Source: a virus
Lineage: Duplodnaviria; Caudoviricetes
Reading direction: 5' to 3' (one strand)
Length of the DNA stretch: 58,981 bases
IMG/VR virus record: IMGVR_UViG_3300034993_000115
Location: 1-58,981 of that record
Made by a program: the position numbers and the translations under genes. This document shows positions 25,972 to 35,513 of the stretch, piece by piece (positions within the stretch are counted from its first letter, which is position 1; every line of letters begins with the position of its first letter). Below the pieces are notes generated by a model. It was given only the letters and a program-made list of their open reading frames with translations, had not been told where the DNA came from and searched no databases.

Positions 25972-28004
25972 GGTGTGCTCCCAGCCTGAGAAGCGAACAA
26001 CTCTGCGTCATGCCCGCCGACCTGCGTGCCGGTCCCCGGCAGCGTCTGCGTCGCCGCCTCGAGTTCACGACTTTGCCCGAGTAGAGTTTGCTGCTCCAGT
26101 TGCGCGGCCCGCGCGTCGATTTCATCCTCCGTGCCCAGTAGCCGTGGGTCGATTCCGAGTGCCTCCACGGCTTGAGCCCAGAGCTTCGCTCGCACGTTAG
26201 TCGTGAAGATCGCCGCGTCCCGATCGTTGTTCGACTCCTTGAGAATTTCCTTGACCCGGAGGACCTTCATCTCCTTGGCGACCTGAGTGTTCGAGCCGCG
26301 AGCCACGACGCGCGCGTCGCCGACGTAGCTCTCCCCGATCGGGTCGTACTGGAGATTAAAGTTGAAGAATGCCTGGAGGATTGGCACGATCAGGCCAGTG
26401 TCGACGTTACGAACGATGTTCTGTCCGCCCTTGCTCGCCTGTGTGATCATCATGGAGTCGCTGGCCGCGGTCTGGCTGTTCGATTCACCGGCGTAGAGGA
26501 TGCGCGGGAGCCCGGTCTCGTAGTCCGCGAGCCGCATCCCGAAATCGAAGACCTGGATCAGCCGCTCCGTGACCATCTGGGGTTGGTAGTAGTTGACGGC
26601 CTTCCCCTCCGCCATCATGGATGACGTCGCCTTCACTACCATCCAGGGCGTCAACTGCAAGTTTTGCCCGGGCCACATCCGATCCATGTTGACTTCCGTC
26701 AGAGGGCCGGAGGCAATGCCGACATTCATCACGACGGCGCGGGCAGCGATGCAGGTGATGTTTTGAGAGTGGCGCATCTTACGGGAGACCGAGCGGCCCC
26801 AGAAGGAGTCCGGCTGCTCGGAGAAGCCGGCGGAGAAGATGTAGTTGAGCCCCACGGGGTCGGGGTTGATCAGAGCCTTGATGACGTACTGGCCGACAAC
26901 GTAGATCATGGCGTCATACTCGCGCTCCGGCTCCAAATCCTCGAGGCCGAACTCCATAAGCATCGCGCCTTGGACTGAGCCTTTGTATTCCAGCCGGTCG
27001 ATCAGCTCGGAGTCATAGGTCGTGGTCCTGCCCTCGAGGTTCGACTTCTCCTGCTCCACGGTCGTCGACTCGCGGTACCCGTTAGCGTAGGCCCGCAGCG
27101 CATCGCGCACCGATTGCTGATCGTAACTCGAGTCATCGAGCAGCGAAGCCAGGTCCTTACGGGAAGAGGCGTTGTTGTAGACTGACCAGGGGACGGAATC
27201 CCGCGTGGCATCAGGGCAGGGGTAGAAGCGCTGTGGCACGAGCCGCTCGACGCCGGGGATAATGTCATGCTCGTACGTGACCTCGTAGCGCCTGGTCTGC
27301 GGGTTCAAGCGGGAACGCCGGATCGGCTGATCCCGCAGGATCGGAGCGCGCATGATCGCAGTGCCGATGTCCACCAAGTCGTGGAGCGACTGTTTCAGCG
27401 CCTTCTCCCAGTCGCACTCGGCGAACTGGTCTTTGATCTTGTCCATCATCTTGCGAGCGGAGGTCTTCGCGGCCTCCATCAGCTCGTGGGCTACCTCGTC
27501 CTGGGCAGTCTTGAGCATCTCGGTGTAGGCGGCTCGCGCGGTGGCGGCGTCGACGACGAGCCCTTGCTGGATTTGCAGCTCGATCCGGTCGAGCAGCTCG
27601 TCTTGCACCCGCTGCTCGATCTCGGCCGTGACCTCTACCGGCAACTCCGGGATCGGCGTCGGCTCCAGGGAGCCTGGGAACTGTCCCGGCGGGAGGATGG
27701 CATCGAGCAGCCAGGCGTAGACCGCCTCGCACTTGGCCTCGGTGATGCCGGGATACGGCGGGTCCACGGCCTGCCCCATTACCTGACGAATCGCCGCGAG
27801 CTTCGCGGGGCTGTACTGCGAGCGCTTCTGTCGCAAGTCCTCGAGCATCATCTGCTCAATCAGGATTCTGCTGTTCGCGGCGCGGTTGAAGCGCTCACGC
27901 ACGAACCCGAGTAGCGCAGCGTTGCGCTGCGGCGGAGGCGCAGTCTCGGCTACTGCTACTGCGGTCGGCAGCACGGTGGCTTGGAATTGCTCGGTCACGT
28001 CCAA
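25968..28004 (-). CDS. Portal protein (podovirus-type)
   Basis: 678 aa directly after TerL; PTPIPELP, QPDSFWGRS, IASGP..EVN, TGLPR..Y, QTAA..SM motifs. Confidence 0.85.
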   Translation of the reverse strand: MDVTEQFQATVLPTAVAVAETAPPPQRNAALLGFVRERFNRAANSRILIEQMMLEDLRQKRSQYSPAKLAAIRQVMGQAVDPPYPGITEAKCEAVYAWLLDAILPPGQFPGSLEPTPIPELPVEVTAEIEQRVQDELLDRIELQIQQGLVVDAATARAAYTEMLKTAQDEVAHELMEAAKTSARKMMDKIKDQFAECDWEKALKQSLHDLVDIGTAIMRAPILRDQPIRRSRLNPQTRRYEVTYEHDIIPGVERLVPQRFYPCPDATRDSVPWSVYNNASSRKDLASLLDDSSYDQQSVRDALRAYANGYRESTTVEQEKSNLEGRTTTYDSELIDRLEYKGSVQGAMLMEFGLEDLEPEREYDAMIYVVGQYVIKALINPDPVGLNYIFSAGFSEQPDSFWGRSVSRKMRHSQNITCIAARAVVMNVGIASGPLTEVNMDRMWPGQNLQLTPWMVVKATSSMMAEGKAVNYYQPQMVTERLIQVFDFGMRLADYETGLPRILYAGESNSQTAASDSMMITQASKGGQNIVRNVDTGLIVPILQAFFNFNLQYDPIGESYVGDARVVARGSNTQVAKEMKVLRVKEILKESNNDRDAAIFTTNVRAKLWAQAVEALGIDPRLLGTEDEIDARAAQLEQQTLLGQSRELEAATQTLPGTGTQVGGHDAELFASQAGSTP

Positions 28005-29833
28005 CCCTCCGACGCGCTAAATTGAGCCGTAGCCACCGGCGGTGGCGGGAGCTGTGCTTGCGCCTGAGCGTGCCGTAAGATCAAGGCAGCGGCGGGGAGC
28101 GGCAGCTTCGGTCCGACGAACTTGGCGATAGCCTCGACGACGCAGCAATCGTCGTGGTGCTTCGCCTCGGCGACGTATTGACCTTTGAGATTCCGCTTTA
28201 GGGAGAGCATCTCGTCCAGGGTGCGAGAGGAGCGGATGCCATCCTTCTTGTCGCGCACGGCGGCAATGAAGGCATTCATGGCCTCGGCCCGGATGCCGCC
28301 GTCCCGCCCACCCTGTGTGTCAAATCCCCACTCCCGACGCTTCTTGAAGGGCGGCTGCTCCATGACCTCAACGTAGATTTTCTTGTACTTGAGGCGAATC
28401 AGCGCGGCGATGACCGTTCCGCCGTGGTTGTTCCGCTCTGGGACGAGCCACGCCTCGTTGTATCGACGACCGAGCGCGCCAAGGAGCAAGCCAAAGAGAT
28501 CCGGGTCGATCTTCCCGTGCCACTGCGCCACCTCGCGCCCGGAGAGCTGATGCTTGACGGAGGCGGTGGAGAAGTCATGAACCACCTGCGCGGACTCCGT
28601 ACCTTCGTCGATGACGATGCCGCGCGCGACATCAGCGGGGATGAAGTATGCCTCACCAGCCTGCGGCTCCTCCCAGACCCACAGCCGCCCGGTGGGGGAG
28701 GCGAGGAACTGGCCAGTGAGAGGATCGATCTCGTAACGCGCGATGGGGAGGGGAGCGGCCTTGAGCCGGGCGCTGATCTCGTTGGTGTCAAAGGCCGGCT
28801 CGCCGGAAGAGTGGAAGGCATCCTTGGCGGTAGGAGGATTCTCCTGGTTGAACTTTTTGATGTCACCCTTGAAATCGTCGATGATGGAGAGGCGGCGCCA
28901 AGCGAGCTTCTGGTTGGCCTGCGCGTCGGAGCACCCGGTGAGGTAGAGCTGGGCGATCTCCTCTTCCGCTTTGTCGCGAACGAAGGTGAGCCCGGTCTGG
29001 CGCTCCCACTGAGTGACAGGGAGCTGGTTGACCTCGAAGACGAACCAGGGAATGAAGATCGCGCTCCAGGTGTTCCCGGCGGGTGCCTTCTCGTCAATGG
29101 CCATCCGCCACGCCAACTCCCCGTGCGCATCGAGATACATCTCGTACTTGTACTTGGCATCCCAGTACATAGTATGAAACTGATTGCCGATACCGAAAGC
29201 CGTGGATTCAATAATGACTTCTGACTCCAGCGTCTTAGGGATGCATGGCATGAGGGAGGTCATGAGAGGGCCGATGCAGTGGGTTGGCCATTTACTGAAC
29301 TCACTAAAGTGGCCAAAGTTCACGAGCTGGGAGGAGCCGAAGTTTTCCTTGCCGGCGGTGCCAACCCGGATCGTGGAATCAATGCCACCGACGCGGCTCT
29401 TGGTGTTGAACTCCAGAACCTTCCTATTGTCATAGAGTACCTTCGGCTTGAGCTTCCCCGGCATCTGAGCGTAGAATCGCTTATGCATGGTGAAGATCGT
29501 GTCAGTCGCCTCGGGCTCGTGGGTGACCATGAGGGCGTTAGTATGCGGCGTTAACGAGGTGTGCCAGAAATTACGCCCGGCAAACAGGGTGGAGATCCCG
29601 GCGCGGCGGAGCTTGAGGATAATCACTCGGACGAAACGGCCTTCCAAGCGAATGTCTTCGAGGATGCCGAGAACGGCGAGCTGAACGTTGTTGAGCCGGA
29701 ACGGCTCCATGGTACCCTTGGTGGTCTGAATCATGAGGAGATCCTCGGCGTACTGCTTGAAGTCGGTGAGCCAGACAGCCAGCTGGTCCTGCAGGGAGCT
29801 GGGCGCTTCCTGTGGAGCTACGGCCACCGTCAT
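27995..29833 (-). CDS. terL: Terminase large subunit
   Basis: IILKLRRAGIST Walker A-like, HFSE Walker B, IIESTAFG, FIPWF, ADVA.G, PERNNHG, HDDC nuclease motifs. Confidence 0.92.
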   Translation of the reverse strand: MTVAVAPQEAPSSLQDQLAVWLTDFKQYAEDLLMIQTTKGTMEPFRLNNVQLAVLGILEDIRLEGRFVRVIILKLRRAGISTLFAGRNFWHTSLTPHTNALMVTHEPEATDTIFTMHKRFYAQMPGKLKPKVLYDNRKVLEFNTKSRVGGIDSTIRVGTAGKENFGSSQLVNFGHFSEFSKWPTHCIGPLMTSLMPCIPKTLESEVIIESTAFGIGNQFHTMYWDAKYKYEMYLDAHGELAWRMAIDEKAPAGNTWSAIFIPWFVFEVNQLPVTQWERQTGLTFVRDKAEEEIAQLYLTGCSDAQANQKLAWRRLSIIDDFKGDIKKFNQENPPTAKDAFHSSGEPAFDTNEISARLKAAPLPIARYEIDPLTGQFLASPTGRLWVWEEPQAGEAYFIPADVARGIVIDEGTESAQVVHDFSTASVKHQLSGREVAQWHGKIDPDLFGLLLGALGRRYNEAWLVPERNNHGGTVIAALIRLKYKKIYVEVMEQPPFKKRREWGFDTQGGRDGGIRAEAMNAFIAAVRDKKDGIRSSRTLDEMLSLKRNLKGQYVAEAKHHDDCCVVEAIAKFVGPKLPLPAAALILRHAQAQAQLPPPPVATAQFSASEGWT

Positions 29834-29902
29834 GGTTTACCTCCTTGCAGAGCAGAGTACCTCAGAAAAGAGGGGTTGTCCAGTAGAAAAACGGGTTGAA
29901 TA

Positions 29903-29931
29903 TTTACAGCGTAAAGATCATGCTCTACATT
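29903..29931 (+). promoter_or_regulatory. Sigma70-like promoter pointing into the 21-bp repeat array
   Basis: TTTACA-17 bp-TACATT; the -35 box sits in the inverted repeat TTTAC-AGC-GTAAA. Confidence 0.5.
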
Positions 29932-29948
29932 GAAGTCTACGCTTCAAG

Positions 29949-30053
29949 GCTTCGCTCTCGGGACTTCGCGCTTCGCTCTTGGGACTTCGCGCTTCGCTCT
30001 TGGGACTTCGCGCTTCGCCCTTGGGACTTCGCGCTTCGCTCTTGGGACTTCGC
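29949..30053. repeat. Tandem array of five 21-bp units, GCTTCGCTCTTGGGACTTCGC
   Basis: Units start at 29949, 29970, 29991, 30012 and 30033; two carry a single T>C change; an AT-rich tract follows at ~30085-30130. Confidence 0.95.
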
Positions 30054-30355
30054 GCTTTGGGCTGAGAATCGAAAATTGGCCAGTTACTAAAATTAAAAGT
30101 TGATTATTTATAAAATGAGAATTGAAAACTACGGGTGAGAAATTCGCGCGGTCACGTCTATAGGTGAGCGCGGGGGTTAACTCCGATCTCCAAGGGGCGG
30201 CTAGGGGGTCTCAAATCAATTCCGTCCCGGGGTCTCAAACCTTACCCTTCACCTCAAGATCTCAAACCGAAGTCCTAAGCGCCAAGTTTTATCTTCCCAC
30301 ATTTAAGCTTCTACTCTCCTTAGCGAAAGAATCTTCCTCCCCAATAAATAAACTA

Positions 30356-30383
30356 TTTACTTTTTTAGAAATCTACCTATATT
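30356..30383 (+). promoter_or_regulatory. Early promoter
   Basis: TTTACT-16-TATATT with an A-rich upstream element; nearly the same as 32575-32602. Confidence 0.7.
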
Positions 30384-30446
30384 GGAGAGTAGGCAAGGGC
30401 AATAGGGTCCTCGCCAAGAAGAAACCCTAGAAGAGGAGATAGGACA

Positions 30447-30734
30447 ATGGCCAAGAAGAATGCCCCCGCGAAGACCGAGATCGCCAAGGTCACCCCCGAG
30501 CCGAAGGTCAAGAAGCTGACCGTCCGTGGTCTGATCGTGGGAAAGATCCTCGAAGGCAAGCTCACAGATTCGGCGATCCTCGACCTCGTGATCGAGTCCT
30601 TCCCCGGTTGGACTCTCGAGGGCAAGAAGCACTATGTGAGCTGGTACCGTTGGGACCTCGGTCGGAAGGGCATCAAGGACGTCCCGGCGGCCGTCAAGGA
30701 AGTCAAGGCGGCCAAGGCGGAGGCCGCCGCTTAG
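30447..30734 (+). CDS. Basic small DNA-binding-like protein (YV.WYR.DL family, copy 1)
   Basis: SD GAGGAG; shares G..tD..I...V...F...YV.WYR.DL...G with 32647..33162 and 49984..50607. Confidence 0.8.
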   Translation: MAKKNAPAKTEIAKVTPEPKVKKLTVRGLIVGKILEGKLTDSAILDLVIESFPGWTLEGKKHYVSWYRWDLGRKGIKDVPAAVKEVKAAKAEAAA

Positions 30735-30787
30735 TCCCCCAAAACCCTAGGCTAAGGGGCGGACCGGCCCGCCCCGTGGAGGATGTG

Positions 30788-31090
30788 ATGAAAAAGATAA
30801 AGAAGTTGAAGTGGGAAGACGATGAGCGAGGTACGGAGGCTACAAGCCACGACCGACTTCTCTTCTACCAGATCTTCGCCCCATTCGCCAACTTCAAGGG
30901 ATTCAACTTCGAAGTTACTTGGCCGCAGGACTACGCCGCCCAAGAAGAGCGCCAAGCCTACGAGACGGCGCTTGGCGTCCCGGAGGAAACCTTCGACCAA
31001 ACCTTCCCGACCATCAAGGAGGCGAAGGCTTTCATTGAAGAGTTTGACCGGAAGCGACAAGAGGCGCTCAACGACGAGCAAACCCACTAA
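30788..31090 (+). CDS. Hypothetical early protein
   Basis: SD GGAGG, ATG at 30788, 100 aa. Confidence 0.6.
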   Translation: MKKIKKLKWEDDERGTEATSHDRLLFYQIFAPFANFKGFNFEVTWPQDYAAQEERQAYETALGVPEETFDQTFPTIKEAKAFIEEFDRKRQEALNDEQTH

Positions 31091-31212
31091 ACGGGAGGAG
31101 ACTCACATGTGCCAGAGCTGTAAGAATATGAGCTGCCCGGTTCACGGAACCAAGCACGAAGTCCTGGGCACTTGCCCGGCGTGGAGATAGCCTAGCCGCG
31201 CGGGTCCTCGCC

Positions 31213-31950
31213 TCAAGAGGGGAGGACCCGCCGCGCTCTGACTTGAAAGAGGACCTCCTCAAAGCTGCCCTCCTCCGCCTCTTGATTTCGGTGAAGATCC
31301 CCACGAAGCTCAAGGGCAGTCGTCAGATACTTATGGCGAGTTCCGAGATCCTTGACCTCACAGGTAGGGATGCCCTCGTGGAAGATGGTCTTGCGCGCCT
31401 TGAGTCCCTTGAAGAGCTTCTTGGCCAGAAGCGTCTCCGTGATTCCCGCCGCCTCCATTGCTTGGAGGAGGGCACGTTGAACCCGCGGCTTGGCGAGAAT
31501 GTCTCCGGCCTTGGTCATAGCCGTAGATTCGGAGTAGCCAGCTGTGAGGCAAGCCTTGTACGCGGGCTGACCTTTGAGCACTTCGGCCACGGCGATTTGC
31601 TCTCGGGGGTTGAGGCCGTCTTCTGAGTATGAGCCGTGAGTCCGGATCTTTATAGGCGGCGTCTTGGGGTCAGAGCCCGCAGCCCTTTCCTCCAAGGGTC
31701 CACCCACCTTAGTCCGGAGGGCGGAGGGCGAAGATTTGGAGATTGGACGCAGCCCACACGTCGACCTCTTTGACGCTTCCCCCACCGCCTCCTCAACCAT
31801 CTCACGAGTTGGCCCACGGCGGCGAGTCTTCACGGTCACGCCCGTCCCCTCACGGGAGGAGGTCAATGACGACTTGATCACTTTGCTCTTGGCGTTCATA
31901 GGTAGATTTGGCACTAACGGGAGGGAGAATGTCCAGCGAAAAACGGCCAT
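31213..31950 (-). CDS. terS: Terminase small subunit (start may be 31899 or later)
   Basis: GLNPREQ..A...AYKA.L.AGYS..TA...A..IL.KP.V HTH motif typical of Terminase_2-like proteins. Confidence 0.75.
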   Translation of the reverse strand: MAVFRWTFSLPLVPNLPMNAKSKVIKSSLTSSREGTGVTVKTRRRGPTREMVEEAVGEASKRSTCGLRPISKSSPSALRTKVGGPLEERAAGSDPKTPPIKIRTHGSYSEDGLNPREQIAVAEVLKGQPAYKACLTAGYSESTAMTKAGDILAKPRVQRALLQAMEAAGITETLLAKKLFKGLKARKTIFHEGIPTCEVKDLGTRHKYLTTALELRGDLHRNQEAEEGSFEEVLFQVRARRVLPS

Positions 31951-32125
31951 TTTAGGGCTACTACATAAACTTACTTAATCCCCCCTCCCTATTCTATTAG
32001 AGAGAAAAAGGGTAGGGGAGTTAAATATAGTTAAAGGGGAGGAGTAAGAAGTATAATAGAGTAGGGAAGGGGAGGGGAGGTAGACTTATGGAGTAGACCA
32101 GATAAGTCGTTGATTTTATTGGCTC

Positions 32126-32154
32126 TTTACTTTCGACCTAGATACTAGTATTCT
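32126..32154 (+). promoter_or_regulatory. Promoter of the NUMOD4-HNH gene
   Basis: TTTACT-17-TATTCT. Confidence 0.65.
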
Positions 32155-32180
32155 CTATTAAACCCTTAAAAAGGAGGCCA

Positions 32181-32555
32181 ATGATGGAAGAATTTAGACC
32201 AATCAAAGAGTTCCCAGGCTACTTTGTCTCCAACCAAGGCGCGGTCCGCAAGGGCGCGGAGTGCCCGACTTGCCACCACGGCGGGCGCGTCCTCCGTCAG
32301 TTTGAACAGCAAGATGGCACCTTTACCGTGACATTAATGGGCCCCAACGGCCGGCAAGCCAACCGCCACGTCCACCGACTCGTCGGCTTGGCCTTCCTCC
32401 CGAACCCAAAGAATCACCCTTACGTGAAGCACAAGGGGAGCAAGCAGAATAACGCGCCTGAGAACCTTTACTGGGCCATGTGCCCTAAGAGGCTCACCAA
32501 GGACGACCTCGAGTTTGATCCATGGGAGCACAGTAAGCCAGGGAGCCGGTACTAG
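32181..32555 (+). CDS. NUMOD4/HNH homing endonuclease-like protein
   Basis: EFRPIKEFPGYFVSNQGAVR (NUMOD4); VHRLVGLAFLPNP..VKH....NN.PENLYW. Confidence 0.8.
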   Translation: MMEEFRPIKEFPGYFVSNQGAVRKGAECPTCHHGGRVLRQFEQQDGTFTVTLMGPNGRQANRHVHRLVGLAFLPNPKNHPYVKHKGSKQNNAPENLYWAMCPKRLTKDDLEFDPWEHSKPGSRY

Positions 32556-32574
32556 GAGCCAACAAAATAACTTA

Positions 32575-32602
32575 TTTACTTTTTACAGAAACTGCCTATA
32601 TT
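32575..32602 (+). promoter_or_regulatory. Early promoter
   Basis: TTTACT-16-TATATT. Confidence 0.7.
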
Positions 32603-32646
32603 AGTGGACAGGACGGAAGTTAAACCCGCAAACAGGAGGAACGAAG

Positions 32647-33162
32647 ATGACCAAGACGAAGCTCGCCGAGAAGCAGCCCGCCGCCAAGGGGAAGGTGACC
32701 AAGGAAGCGCTCCTCGCCGCCACGACCCCCGCCCCGACCGTGACGAAGAAGGCCAAGGAGCCCAAGGCTCCCCGCGAGACGGTCGCCATGTTCATGAAGA
32801 ACATGATCATGGAGGGGACGCACAAGGACATCGACATCTACCATGCCACGGTCGAGCACTTCCCCCAGTGGGCCGGGACTGACCGTGAGTACTACGTCGC
32901 GTGGTACCGCTGGGACCTCCGGCGCAAGGGAACCCAGAACGTCCCCGACGCCATCGAGCCCATCTCCAAGCGCCAGGCTAAGGTCAAGAAGGAGCCCATC
33001 GAGACGGTCAAGGTCAAGAAGGGCACCTTCACCCACCGCGGGCCCGTCCCGGCCGGCACCACCGCACCTAAGGTCAAGGAGCCCTTGGAGGGCAAGGCCG
33101 CTCTGGACTTCCTCGCCTCCCTGCCCAAGCCGACTGTGAGCAAAGCTCACAACCGCGCCTAG
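32647..33162 (+). CDS. Lys-rich DNA-binding-like protein (YV.WYR.DL family, copy 2)
   Basis: SD AGGAGG; EYYVAWYRWDLRRKG; Lys/Pro/Ala-rich tails. Confidence 0.8.
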   Translation: MTKTKLAEKQPAAKGKVTKEALLAATTPAPTVTKKAKEPKAPRETVAMFMKNMIMEGTHKDIDIYHATVEHFPQWAGTDREYYVAWYRWDLRRKGTQNVPDAIEPISKRQAKVKKEPIETVKVKKGTFTHRGPVPAGTTAPKVKEPLEGKAALDFLASLPKPTVSKAHNRA

Positions 33163-33175
33163 TAGTTTGAGCTTT

Positions 33176-33201
33176 GGCCCTGGGGCTCCTCCCCGGGGCC
33201 T
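33176..33201 (+). terminator. Hairpin after the 32647..33162 gene
   Basis: GGCCCCTGGGG...CCCCGGGGCC inverted repeat. Confidence 0.4.
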
Positions 33202-33229
33202 CACCTCAACCCACTGGGAGGAGATGAAA

Positions 33230-33565
33230 ATGAGAGAGTCATATGTCAGAGCGTTTACCCGCGCTGTCTTAAAGGGTCGAACAAGCCGCGCCACCACAGG
33301 TGGTTGGATGCCGAAACCGACCAAGGAGGAGCTGGACCTCGCCGAGGGCTTTATCAACAACGAGCTGGACAACGGCCTCATCCAGCAGATCGTCGAGGCC
33401 GCGGAGGAAGAAGACCCGTCCGTCAAGACCTGCGACCGCTGCCGCGTCCCGCTCAAGAAGCGCACCACCCTCCCCAGTACCGCGGTGCGGGACGGCCTCA
33501 AGCACTTCGACTACTACCAGTGCCCAAAGTGCAAGACCAACTTCGCCTTTCCCAAGGAGATCTAA
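33230..33565 (+). CDS. Hypothetical protein with a C-terminal Zn ribbon
   Basis: CDRC...CPKC; SD GGAGGAG. Confidence 0.6.
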   Translation: MRESYVRAFTRAVLKGRTSRATTGGWMPKPTKEELDLAEGFINNELDNGLIQQIVEAAEEEDPSVKTCDRCRVPLKKRTTLPSTAVRDGLKHFDYYQCPKCKTNFAFPKEI

Positions 33566-33566
33566 C

Positions 33567-33836
33567 ATGGCCCGCCGCCTCACTACCGAAGAGCGCACGA
33601 TCGCCAATGCTTTGGTCTACGCCCTCCAGACCGTGGGAGAACCCTTAGCTCGGGCGTGGGCGAAGGACCGCACCGGCGACTTCACCGCCTACCAAGCCGA
33701 TTTCAAGGCGCGGCTCCTCGTCCTCGTCCCGAGCGCTGAGCGCATCCAGCTCACCGAGCAGCCCTTCACCGCCCGCTGCGCCGTTTGCGGCAAGGCAGCC
33801 CGGGTCACGTTCCGGTTCGAGAAGGCAATAAAATAA
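33567..33836 (+). CDS. Hypothetical protein
   Basis: SD AAGGAG, ATG at 33567. Confidence 0.55.
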   Translation: MARRLTTEERTIANALVYALQTVGEPLARAWAKDRTGDFTAYQADFKARLLVLVPSAERIQLTEQPFTARCAVCGKAARVTFRFEKAIK

Positions 33837-33840
33837 TCTG

Positions 33841-33869
33841 TTTACTTTTTACTCGTCAAGAGTTATTCT
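33841..33869 (+). promoter_or_regulatory. Early promoter
   Basis: TTTACT-17-TATTCT. Confidence 0.7.
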
Positions 33870-33894
33870 AAGAGGTAGGAAAGGGGGAACGAAC

Positions 33895-34659
33895 ATGAGC
33901 TTACCGTTGAGTGTCACTCAGACCCGCCCGTTCTTTGCCGGCTCGACCCGCTACGCCTTCGTGCCCACGACCCAGATCATTGAGGTCCTGGCCGCGGAGG
34001 GCTGGCTCGTGAGTAAAGCACAAGAGACGGCTGTCCTTGACCCGCGCCGTCAGGGATTCCAGAAGCACCTCGTGCGCTTCCGCCAGGGCACGACCTCTCT
34101 CGTGAAGAAAGAGGCCGTTTACCCCGAGATCGTGCTCATCAACAGCCACGACGGGCGGACGGCGCCGGAGATTCACGCCGGGACGTTCCGCCTCGTCTGC
34201 ACCAACGGGATGGTCGTCGCGGACTCGCTGCTTGAAGCGCAGCGATTCCGCCACGTCAAGGACGTCCTCCAGCAGCTACTCGACGCCGTAAAGCGGATCG
34301 CGCAGCGCTTCCCGTTCATCGCCGAGCGGATCAATACCTACCGTGAGATCGAGCTCACGCAGGATGAGCGCGGCGTCTTTGCTGAGGCCGCCGCCGCCGT
34401 GAGGTGGAGCGACCCGGAGAAGCTGGCTGCGCTGAACGTCACGGACCTGCTCGCTCCCCGCCGCCCGGAGGACGCCCCTCCCACCCTGTGGCACACGTTC
34501 CAGGTGCTCCAGGAGAAGCTCATCACGGGCGGTACGACGTTCTCCCGCCGTCGCTACTCTCACACCGCGAAGGCGATCACGAGCATCGACGAGCTGCGCC
34601 GGGTGAACATGGCCCTCTGGGCAATGACCGAGCAGTTCGCTCTGCTCAAGAGCGCGTAG
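33895..34659 (+). CDS. DUF932/DUF945-family protein
   Basis: S.RYAFVPT, FQKHLVRFR, PEIVLINSHDG, G.FRLVCTNGMV, RR.ED...LW.TF..LQE motifs. Confidence 0.85.
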   Translation: MSLPLSVTQTRPFFAGSTRYAFVPTTQIIEVLAAEGWLVSKAQETAVLDPRRQGFQKHLVRFRQGTTSLVKKEAVYPEIVLINSHDGRTAPEIHAGTFRLVCTNGMVVADSLLEAQRFRHVKDVLQQLLDAVKRIAQRFPFIAERINTYREIELTQDERGVFAEAAAAVRWSDPEKLAALNVTDLLAPRRPEDAPPTLWHTFQVLQEKLITGGTTFSRRRYSHTAKAITSIDELRRVNMALWAMTEQFALLKSA

Positions 34660-34771
34660 GACCCATGGGCGCGGCCGGTTGGCGCAAGGTGAAGGCTGTG
34701 AGCGCCGACCTCGGGCTCAACCTTCCGGGCTGCCAGCCGGCCGCGATAACTGAGAATGGGAGGAGAACGCC

Positions 34772-34978
34772 ATGACCATGGAAGCACAGCGCCAGCTCCG
34801 CGCCGCCCGTCGCGCCCATGGGCTCTGCCCGGAGTGCGGCGGGAAGAAGCGGAGGGCGAACCATTACTGTGATGCCTGCGGCGCGCGCCGCCGGGAACAG
34901 CAGCAGGCGCGCCAGGGGTGGCAGCCGTACCGCGTAGGAGGACCGGGCACACCACCCATCTATGGGGAGGGAGCATGA
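34772..34978 (+). CDS. Small basic Zn-finger protein
   Basis: GLCPECG...YCDAC. Confidence 0.55.
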   Translation: MTMEAQRQLRAARRAHGLCPECGGKKRRANHYCDACGARRREQQQARQGWQPYRVGGPGTPPIYGEGA

Positions 34979-35304
34979 TTCGCGTCACGATCGAGGATTT
35001 GAGCGACGTCAACCCGACGACGACGGTGGAGGGTGACTTCGTCGTGCTGGCTGCGCACCAGGATGCCCCCAACGGCGGTACGGAGCGCCGCGAGCTGCTG
35101 GCGGGGCACTTCGGCGGGAAGGAGCTGATGACGGCGCTCAGCGGGCTGCTGCTCCAAGCGCGTAAGCACTTCATCGCCGACGTCCCCTGCTCACTGCTCG
35201 GCGCGCTGCTGGTGGCGGAGGCCATGGAGCTGGAGCGCCTCTCTACTCCTGGCCCGGCCGCCGGCACGCGCCACTTCCATCCGCACGTCGGAGGGTCGAA
35301 CTGA
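34975..35304 (+). CDS. Hypothetical protein, paralog of 36473..36796
   Basis: MIRVT..DLS..P.TT.EGDF..; FHPH.GG.N C-terminus shared. Confidence 0.7.
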   Translation: MIRVTIEDLSDVNPTTTVEGDFVVLAAHQDAPNGGTERRELLAGHFGGKELMTALSGLLLQARKHFIADVPCSLLGALLVAEAMELERLSTPGPAAGTRHFHPHVGGSN

Positions 35305-35513
35305 TGAGCTGGCTTGGTCCTACTCCACTGCGCACGAACCGCGCCTGCCTGCTCTGGCCGGGGGACCGGATCGTCACCGCCCGTGAGCGCTGGCAGCGCC
35401 GCGCCCTGCTTGGCGTGTTTCTACTACTCGTCGCCGCCGTCTCGCTGAGTGCGGGCTACACGGCCGGGTCCTGCGACACCTACCAGGAACTCACGAAGGG
35501 TGAAAAGCGATGA
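35304..35513 (+). CDS. Small membrane protein, paralog of 37629..37805
   Basis: LLWPGD...TM...G.TAG.CD..E shared. Confidence 0.65.
   Translation: MSWLGPTPLRTNRACLLWPGDRIVTARERWQRRALLGVFLLLVAAVSLSAGYTAGSCDTYQELTKGEKR

Noticed and set aside
29949-30053. CRISPR array
   Set aside because: The units are head-to-tail with no unique spacers and no cas operon is present; the Cas4-like exonuclease belongs to the replication module
29896-30090. 64-aa ORF with LRSWDFA repeats
   Set aside because: A by-product of the 21-bp repeat; no SD, and its start lies upstream of the predicted transcription start
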